Of a DNA stretch of 64,000 nt, positions 63,001-64,000 are shown piece after piece. Numbering within the stretch: the first letter of the stretch is position 1; every line of letters starts with the position of its first letter. The DNA comes from Cycas panzhihuaensis (taxonomy: Eukaryota > Plantae > Cycadophyta). The translations under genes were made by a program, and so were the position numbers. The notes beneath the pieces are model-generated. The model saw only the letters and a program-made list of their open reading frames with translations. It ran no database searches and was not told where the DNA came from. The stretch spans positions 48,491,741-48,555,740 of the forward strand of contig CM041465.1 of NCBI GenBank assembly GCA_023213395.1, read 5' to 3'.

Positions 63001-64000
63001 AATATTAAAATGCTAGATATGCAAAATCCTCCTTGAAAAATCATATTTTCTTTAGTGTAATAGTCAACACTAATCAAATGAATAAATCACATGGTTAGTG
63101 AAACATTTATTTAATGAATGAATGGATGATTATGAACACCTATTTTAATGAATGATAATACCACCTAATATTTATTAAGGGCCTAATTAGTTTGTTTGAC
63201 TAAATGATAAAGAGATAAAGAGATTGATAAGGAATTCTACCTATTAATAAAACAAGGAGAAGTCTCAAGTAAATGTTATTGGTATAGCAAATTAGTTGTT
63301 AATGTGATCTAGCTAATGATCAACTATTAAGTTGGACCAACTAAAAGAAGAAAGATAATAAGATATTTGTTCATGTTTATTAATAAGAAATATAACTATC
63401 CATGTATAACAAGAGACACTGAAATACATTATGAATGCTACTTTGTTATATCTAACTTGTCATAGCAAAGTAGCTTCACTTGTTCTTAGGGTTAGTTATT
63501 TTTGAGATTGTTTGTTGATGAGATGTTGATGAATAGATTCCAAATCTACTAAAGTGTACAAGTGAGGAAGCACATAAAGATAAACAAAAAGAAAAAATAA
63601 ATCTTGTTCACAATAGGCAAGTATATGTTTCAATGCTACTCTTGCACAACATACTTAATTATGTTGTTCTAACTTATACACAAGAGGTGAGATTATGCTA
63701 CTCTTATACAGTAATTTGAAAGCTAATGAACCATGTATCTTAAGTAATTACTTAGAGAATTAGTGATTACATAGGTTAAGAACCCATGTATTTTAATAGA
63801 TGGTTATTATTTTATATAGAATTAGAAATAACTTTATTTATTAGTTGATTTGATGATTAGTTAATAGTTGATATTGATGATAATAGTTATACAGGTGAAG
63901 ATATAAAGATATTTAGGAAAACACTTCATATATTGGTGATATTGATATCAGTTGATATTTATAGGTTGACTATTCATAGTTAGTCACCTATGTATACAAA

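Noticed and set aside
60560-64000. Genes or defined elements in the last 3.4 kb
   Set aside because: AT-rich decayed TE-like sequence with purine tracts but no supportable domain or boundary.

Overview
AT-rich plant nuclear DNA (roughly 30% GC by eye) made almost entirely of nested, mostly decayed LTR retrotransposons. No intact cellular gene, RNA gene or CRISPR array is visible. Main components: (i) two copies of a ~1.9-kb non-coding LTR element (1-1811 and 35073-41716) whose 5' and 3' LTRs differ in the same way in both copies and which carry a duplicated LTR-end/PBS unit; (ii) a young Ty1/Copia element (35886-40615, 189-bp LTRs differing at one base, TSD AGATC) nested in copy 2, itself nested in a chromovirus Ty3/Gypsy; (iii) three further decayed Gypsy elements, including a full-length non-chromovirus (50146-60552) with three CCHC knuckles, a possible second capsid-like segment, a 21-bp palindrome array and an accessory ORF; (iv) several Copia remnants and a solo LTR; (v) a decayed, apparently intronless copy of an NSR-type RRM gene fused to an intron-bearing gene fragment (30863-32900); (vi) PMD-like and RNase H (aRH-like) remnants. 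Pervasive C>T/G>A decay, including CAG>TAG and CAA>TAA stops, points to a heavily methylated genome. A gymnosperm, possibly a gnetophyte, is my inference only. All homology calls come from manual translation and motif recognition, not database searches.
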